Positions 58,923-64,000 of a stretch of DNA of 64,000 bases are shown here, in pieces. Source of the DNA: Patescibacteria group bacterium (GTDB lineage Bacteria; Patescibacteriota; Minisyncoccia; UBA6257; 2-01-FULL-56-20); contig JANLHI010000032.1 in assembly GCA_024654525.1 (NCBI GenBank), positions 128,172 through 192,171 of the forward strand, in the 5' to 3' direction. How positions within the stretch are numbered: position 1 is the first letter of the stretch; every line of letters begins with the position of its first letter. The notes below the pieces were generated by a model that was given only the letters and a program-made list of their open reading frames with translations, was not told where the DNA came from and searched no databases. The position numbers were made by a program, and so were the translations under genes.

Positions 58923-58937
58923 AAACGAAACAACACT

Positions 58938-59255
58938 ATGAAGAAAAACGGAGAAATGATGTTGGGAGGTGCCCTAGTGGGAGCCGTGCTTGGCGTTGCG
59001 GCGGGAGTGCTTCTTGCGCCGGAGTCGGGAAAGAAGATGAGAAGGGATATCAGAAAACTTTCGGGAGATTTTTATCGCTATCTCGCGCCGCAGATAAAGA
59101 GACTGAAAAAGGTGAGCGAGACACAGTATCACGCGTTTGTGACCGAGGGAGTGAAGAAATATGCCGATGCGAAGAAACTTTCGCTCGCAGAAGTAAAGAT
59201 CATCGCTTCGGAAGCGAAACGCTCCTGGGGGCACATGAAGAAAAATCTTAGGTAA
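58938..59255 (+). CDS. YtxH domain protein
   Basis: GALVGAVLGVAAGVLLAPESGKKMR. Confidence 0.85.
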   Translation: MKKNGEMMLGGALVGAVLGVAAGVLLAPESGKKMRRDIRKLSGDFYRYLAPQIKRLKKVSETQYHAFVTEGVKKYADAKKLSLAEVKIIASEAKRSWGHMKKNLR

Positions 59256-59374
59256 TGAGGCGCGGGGTAGATGGGGGAGTAATATCCATGTAATCGAGTG
59301 TAATGTTCTTGTCGTCAAAACGGCGTCATATATACAAAGTCGATTCTGGAAATAAATTGGTAGTACATAATCAC

Positions 59375-59518
59375 ATGCTTCTCACTATCGGTTTTGCGCT
59401 CGTAGCTTTATGGCTTATCGGTGTTATCGCGTTTCCCGTGATAGGTTGGTTTATCCATGTGCTTCTTGTCATAGCCATTATGGTAATTCTTATACGGATT
59501 ATTAAAGGTAATCAATAA
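59375..59518 (+). CDS. lmo0937/DUF5670 family small membrane protein
   Basis: LWLIG......GWFIHVLLVIAI..IL.RIIKG. Confidence 0.8.
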   Translation: MLLTIGFALVALWLIGVIAFPVIGWFIHVLLVIAIMVILIRIIKGNQ

Positions 59519-59530
59519 TCGCCAAAATAT

Positions 59531-61522
59531 ATGAAACAGCGCATCGTCATAACCACCGTCGCATTATTCATTTTTGCACTATTCGGTTTTGTGGGACCGA
59601 TTGCCGCACTCGCGGCGGGCCCGGCAACGGTCAATCTTTTGTCGGCGGGCAATTTTACGATTCTCACGGAAACGGGGATTACCAACACCGGAACTCACGG
59701 TTCCGTCATTACGGGGAACATCGGTTCGAGCCCCATTACCGCCGCGGCAATGAACGGCGTATTTTGTTCGGAAATAACGGGAACCATATATGGCGTGAAT
59801 GCGGCATATATAGGTAGTGGCAGTCAGGTGTGTTTTGCGGGTAATCCTCCGTTGGCGAATAAAACATTCGTGGATACCGCAGTGAGTGACATGGAAGCCG
59901 CGTACACGAATGCCGCGGGAAGAATAACGCCGGACGGTACCAATTTATACGCGGGAAATCTCGGCGGGCAGACTTTTGCACCGGGACTCTATACATGGAC
60001 CACCGACGTCACTATACCGACTAACGTCACGCTTTCGGGTGGCGCGAATGACGTATGGATTTTCCAGATAGCGGGGAATCTCGATGTTTCTTCCGCGGGA
60101 AGTATTCCCGCCGGTATCAAGGTGTTGCTCTCGGGCGGCGCTCAGGCCTCGAATGTATTCTGGCAGGTTGGCGGAGGTACCGGCGCAACGCTCGGAACGT
60201 ACGCGACATTCAACGGAACAATATTGAGCGCGAAGCAAATTATTATGCAGACGGGCGCGGTGCTGACCGGCAGGGCGCTGGCGCAAACGCAAGTGACGCT
60301 TGATGCCAATGCCGTTACGATTCCTGCCGGTTCGGTTTCCGCCACATTGCATGTCATTAAACTGGTAGTGAACGACAACGGTGGTACGGCGATTCCCTCA
60401 GCCTTTACCGTACATGTGAAACTTTCCGGCACTGATATTGCGGGAAGTCCGGCGTCCGGTACCGAGGCTCCCGGAACCGCCTATTCGCTTTCCGCAGGTA
60501 CGTATGTAGTGAGTGAAAATGCACACGCTTTGTATACGCAAAGCTTCAGTGGGGCGTGCGATGCGAATGGGATCGTCACGCTTTCCGCGGGAGAGGATAA
60601 AACATGTACGATTGTGAATACGAATATTCCTCCGCCGGCGCCGGTTATCGGTGTAGCGGGGAGAATCATACCTCTCATAGGCATTCTCAAAGTTCCGAGC
60701 TTACTCGCGACGTCCACGGGGTCCGGCATGGTCACTTATGCTTACACCGCGTGGAATGTTGGGGGACAACAGGCGTTGATGGATGTCACGGTGACGGATA
60801 ATAAGTGTGGTCCGGTAATCTTTCTTTCCGGCGACACGAACAGTAATGGCAAACTTGATCCGAGGGAATACTGGAAATACAACTGTACCGCCACACTCCC
60901 GAGTACCACTACGGGTACTGCGGTTGCAACCGGGTATAGTAATGACGGTTTCCATCAGGCTACTATTGCCACTGCACTCACTACCGTGGCAGTCGGTATT
61001 CCGTTGCCGCCGCCGCTTATCAGTATAGTGAAGGTACCGAGTCGCTTAACTTCGTTTCCGTTCGGAGGAGGGAATGTCATGTACTCCTATACCGTGACAA
61101 ACCCGGGTGTGGTTCCCATGAATAATGTAGTGGTGACTGATGATAAATGCGCTCCTGTATCCGGTCCTTTTGGTGACGCAAACGGCAATAATCTGCTTGA
61201 CCCGGGTGAAGGATGGGCATATGCCTGTCAGACGCACATTTCGGTTTCAACCAGGAACGTCGCGACGGCTGAAGGCAGGGCAAACAGTTTTACCGCCCTC
61301 GGATATGCGTTCGCCACGGTGCTTGTAGATGACGTCGCTCCCGTTTCCGTTTCTGATCCCGATCCCGATCCCGTTGTTACTTCTATTCTTATTCCGGGTT
61401 TTCCCGATACGGGATTTCCCTCCGATGAGGAAAGTATGCCATGGGATATGGTTATTGTGATGGGTATCCTTGTAATAACTTCGACTTCACTCGCGTTCTT
61501 ATTTGGGAGATACAAGAGTTAG
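59531..61522 (+). CDS. Secreted ice-binding-like (DUF3494) protein with Ig-like modules and a C-terminal FPDTG/TM anchor
   Basis: Signal peptide; GNLGGQTFAPGLY, VWIFQIAG, GAQASNVFWQV, GRALAQT.VTLD.N; PGFPDTG, then TM, then RYKS. Confidence 0.88.
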   Translation: MKQRIVITTVALFIFALFGFVGPIAALAAGPATVNLLSAGNFTILTETGITNTGTHGSVITGNIGSSPITAAAMNGVFCSEITGTIYGVNAAYIGSGSQVCFAGNPPLANKTFVDTAVSDMEAAYTNAAGRITPDGTNLYAGNLGGQTFAPGLYTWTTDVTIPTNVTLSGGANDVWIFQIAGNLDVSSAGSIPAGIKVLLSGGAQASNVFWQVGGGTGATLGTYATFNGTILSAKQIIMQTGAVLTGRALAQTQVTLDANAVTIPAGSVSATLHVIKLVVNDNGGTAIPSAFTVHVKLSGTDIAGSPASGTEAPGTAYSLSAGTYVVSENAHALYTQSFSGACDANGIVTLSAGEDKTCTIVNTNIPPPAPVIGVAGRIIPLIGILKVPSLLATSTGSGMVTYAYTAWNVGGQQALMDVTVTDNKCGPVIFLSGDTNSNGKLDPREYWKYNCTATLPSTTTGTAVATGYSNDGFHQATIATALTTVAVGIPLPPPLISIVKVPSRLTSFPFGGGNVMYSYTVTNPGVVPMNNVVVTDDKCAPVSGPFGDANGNNLLDPGEGWAYACQTHISVSTRNVATAEGRANSFTALGYAFATVLVDDVAPVSVSDPDPDPVVTSILIPGFPDTGFPSDEESMPWDMVIVMGILVITSTSLAFLFGRYKS

Positions 61523-61574
61523 TCTGGCGGAAGTTTATCCAAAAGAAAATTTTCCATACAACATAATTTATACT

Positions 61575-61910
61575 ATGCAATACCAAAAATCATTCACCAT
61601 TACTGAACAAAATATACTTCCGCGTGTGAGGAGTGCGTTGTTTGCAAAAGGATTCAGAGTGGTCAACGAAAGTGATACGTCCTTGCAGGTTGAACGCGGA
61701 TCCGACTTTGCGCAATTATATTCTTTCGACATCAGGAAATATAAAACTTCTTTGATTGTCGAAGTTGATTCGGCGAATAATCTGACTTTCAAGTATTACG
61801 TGAAAAGGGGTTTGAACATACCAATGCCCGACGACCAGCAAAGTCTTAATCATGAGATCGAGGAGATTTTGATTGGTATCAGTAAATCGGAGATTCAGCA
61901 GAAAGCATAG
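61575..61910 (+). CDS. Hypothetical protein
   Basis: 111-aa ORF in operon orientation. Confidence 0.55.
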   Translation: MQYQKSFTITEQNILPRVRSALFAKGFRVVNESDTSLQVERGSDFAQLYSFDIRKYKTSLIVEVDSANNLTFKYYVKRGLNIPMPDDQQSLNHEIEEILIGISKSEIQQKA

Positions 61911-61974
61911 CTAATGGGAGCTTTGTACGGTCTTATCGTCGCGTCGCTCATCAAGAGATTGCAAAAATAACTAT

Positions 61975-62469
61975 ATGAAAAATTTTATCAAAACTTTCTT
62001 TTTGACTGGATTTTTCTTCGGATTAGGTATGGGTGTACTACATGGTCTTCTTCGTGCCGATATTTCAGATGGAATTTTTAGGGGAATAATTTTAGGCATA
62101 GCCTTCGGTTTAAGTATGGCTATTTCCGAGAGTTTCCTATCAAGGAAATTAAAGAAAATGGAGCAAACTATTCCTAATCTGATATTTTCTGCCGGTGCTA
62201 GCCATTTTGCGAAGGGCGGAACAGCCGGAGGATGGTTGTTCTTAACAACTACACAACTTATATTCAAATCGCATAAATTTAATTTTAATCCACACGAATT
62301 AATTTTTGAATTAAAAGACATCACTTCGGTTCAACCTTCACTAACACTCGGAATTATTCCTAACAGATTGCTTATTTTGACCGCAACAAATAAAGATCGT
62401 TTTGGGATTGGGATGTACGAAATGAAAAATTGGGTAGACAAAATTATGAAGGCAAAAGCAGACCTTTAG
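61975..62469 (+). CDS. GRAM/PH-like domain membrane protein
   Basis: Two TMs; ASHF....GGWLFLT...LIFKSHKFN. Confidence 0.75.
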   Translation: MKNFIKTFFLTGFFFGLGMGVLHGLLRADISDGIFRGIILGIAFGLSMAISESFLSRKLKKMEQTIPNLIFSAGASHFAKGGTAGGWLFLTTTQLIFKSHKFNFNPHELIFELKDITSVQPSLTLGIIPNRLLILTATNKDRFGIGMYEMKNWVDKIMKAKADL

Positions 62470-62505
62470 GTGGTTGCTATTCAAACTTTAAATTCACGAA
62501 ATAAT

Positions 62506-63963
62506 ATGAAAAACACACAAAACCTCGATAAAAATCAGTCCAGAAAAGGATTTGCCGTGCCGGCACTTCTCGCGATTGTGGCATTATTGGTGCTTGGTGG
62601 CGGCTACGCCATAGTGAAAACCAATCCGGGAATCGCTCAAAAATTTGGTTTTGAAAAACAAGCGGAGAAAAAGGAACTGATTGCTGACATGAAAGATGCA
62701 AAAAAAGATGAGACGATTAAGGGACTTTCGTTTAGTTTTGCTAATGGGCCAACAAAGTGTGATGGGTATGCTCAAAAAAATAATGCCGATGGTAATCCCG
62801 CTCAATTTCAAACTTCTGCTCCTCGCGATACTAAAAGTAACGTCGAAAGTGGCTATGATATTGGAATCCGAAATAAGTTTGGAACAAGTAAAGATGTGTA
62901 CGATTACACCATCTCTATTCAACAGCCCGACGCCACGATAGCTACGGTAAGTGGGCGAATGACGAGTGACAAGTCTGATTCAGTAAATTTTCCAAATAAT
63001 TTTGCCGGTTCTAAGGTAATGGAAGGCGTGTACAGTATTGTTTTTAAGATAGAAAATAAAGTTGTCGCGTGTGACGGGTTTAAGATCGTCGCTTCTGATT
63101 GGAAAACCTACACAAACGAAAAATATGGGTTTGAGATGAAATATCCTACCGATTGGGGGGTCAATGACCACAGCGCCCTGGGAGGCGGTATTCGAGAAGA
63201 GGGCGAGGTAAAGTTTTCTTTTATGAGTCCGGACTTTTCTCTTACCACAGGGGAAGTGTTTTCCTTTTCGGTCATGCCGACTTCTTTTAAAAACAATCGA
63301 GAGTTTTTGCTTTGGCAAAATAGTGGAAATGAAAATAATCCAAACACGAAGGGTAAGTGGATAGCCAAAGAAATTAATCTCCCAGGCATCGGACAAGCAA
63401 CCGAATCGCTCACCGTCGATATTGAGATTCACATCGTTAAGGCGCCATACCTGTACTCATTCCCTGATTTTCGCGCACATACCCTGTTTTCCACTATGAT
63501 GAGTACGTTTAAATTCATCTCGCCTTCTGATACGGCGATAAAGGATTGCGGGAAAAACTTCGACTGTATTATTGATGCCGCAAAGACGTGCATACTCGCG
63601 AAAGCAGACATTACAAACACGGTAGATATTTCAAAAATGTTCGGAGTTCCTGATTCCGCAGGACAATCTCGTATGGTACAGACGCAAAGGAACAGTCATG
63701 AAATTAAAGGGATGGTCGGCGGTAAGTGTGTTTATTCCATGAAACTTCTTGACATCCAGAATCCGCAGATGCCCGCGGAGGTCAGAGCGCAGGCCCTGCG
63801 CGAAGGTGCGATGACGTGTTCGTATGATACTGCGGACCTTGTGGTGAGACTTACCAATATACAGCAGGGAACATCGGCTTTTTCTTTTTCGACGGAAGAT
63901 ACTCCGGCGCAGAAAGCAGAGAAGCAGTGTGAAAACTATGGGGCTTCGTCATCAGAAGAATAA
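62506..63963 (+). CDS. Exported protein with prepilin-like N-terminus and PsbP-like module
   Basis: QSRKG|FAVPALLAIV; WKTYTNEKYGFEMKYP; paired cysteines. Confidence 0.7.
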   Translation: MKNTQNLDKNQSRKGFAVPALLAIVALLVLGGGYAIVKTNPGIAQKFGFEKQAEKKELIADMKDAKKDETIKGLSFSFANGPTKCDGYAQKNNADGNPAQFQTSAPRDTKSNVESGYDIGIRNKFGTSKDVYDYTISIQQPDATIATVSGRMTSDKSDSVNFPNNFAGSKVMEGVYSIVFKIENKVVACDGFKIVASDWKTYTNEKYGFEMKYPTDWGVNDHSALGGGIREEGEVKFSFMSPDFSLTTGEVFSFSVMPTSFKNNREFLLWQNSGNENNPNTKGKWIAKEINLPGIGQATESLTVDIEIHIVKAPYLYSFPDFRAHTLFSTMMSTFKFISPSDTAIKDCGKNFDCIIDAAKTCILAKADITNTVDISKMFGVPDSAGQSRMVQTQRNSHEIKGMVGGKCVYSMKLLDIQNPQMPAEVRAQALREGAMTCSYDTADLVVRLTNIQQGTSAFSFSTEDTPAQKAEKQCENYGASSSEE

Positions 63964-64000
63964 CTTTTACGGCGAACAGGATTTAGTTAAAGTGTGACAA

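Noticed and set aside
48289-64000. Prophage or integrative element at tRNA-Ser
   Set aside because: No integrase, phage genes or duplicated tRNA 3' end were seen within the window.

Overview
A gene-dense bacterial window. Its features (tandem-domain ThyX, archaeal-type UMP kinase, GxxExxY and four-helix-bundle genes, many short GC-rich palindromes, few Shine-Dalgarno sites) suggest a Patescibacteria/Parcubacteria (CPR) genome; this is an inference, not a search result. 1-32 kb is a large surface-glycan locus: glycosyltransferases, FkbM and sugar C-methyltransferases, GDP- and ADP-heptose enzymes, a flippase, an O-antigen-ligase-like protein and a priming transferase. Embedded in it is a sulfate-activation module (sat, cysC, a pyruvate-kinase-like gene, two alkaline-phosphatase-superfamily enzymes, a PQ-loop transporter and an RHH regulator). 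Several proteins of this module, including an unannotated 46-aa peptide, end in a shared LxxLGY-like tail. 36.3-38.9 kb is a complete diversity-generating retroelement. Its VR (36864-36983) differs from its TR (37350-37469) at 10 positions, all of them TR adenines. The architecture is unusual: avd is inverted between TR and RT, the avd and RT start codons are back to back (CAT|ATG), and a G10 tract puts avd's upstream ATG out of frame by one base. After it come groES-groEL with a CIRCE element, thyX, lemA/TPM, pyrH and tRNA-Ser(GGA). The final accessory region holds a GIY-YIG gene, pseudogenes, a 31-bp direct repeat, an ECF sigma factor, a repeat-bearing histidine kinase and an ice-binding-domain surface protein. 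No CRISPR array, rRNA, integrase or transposase was recognised.
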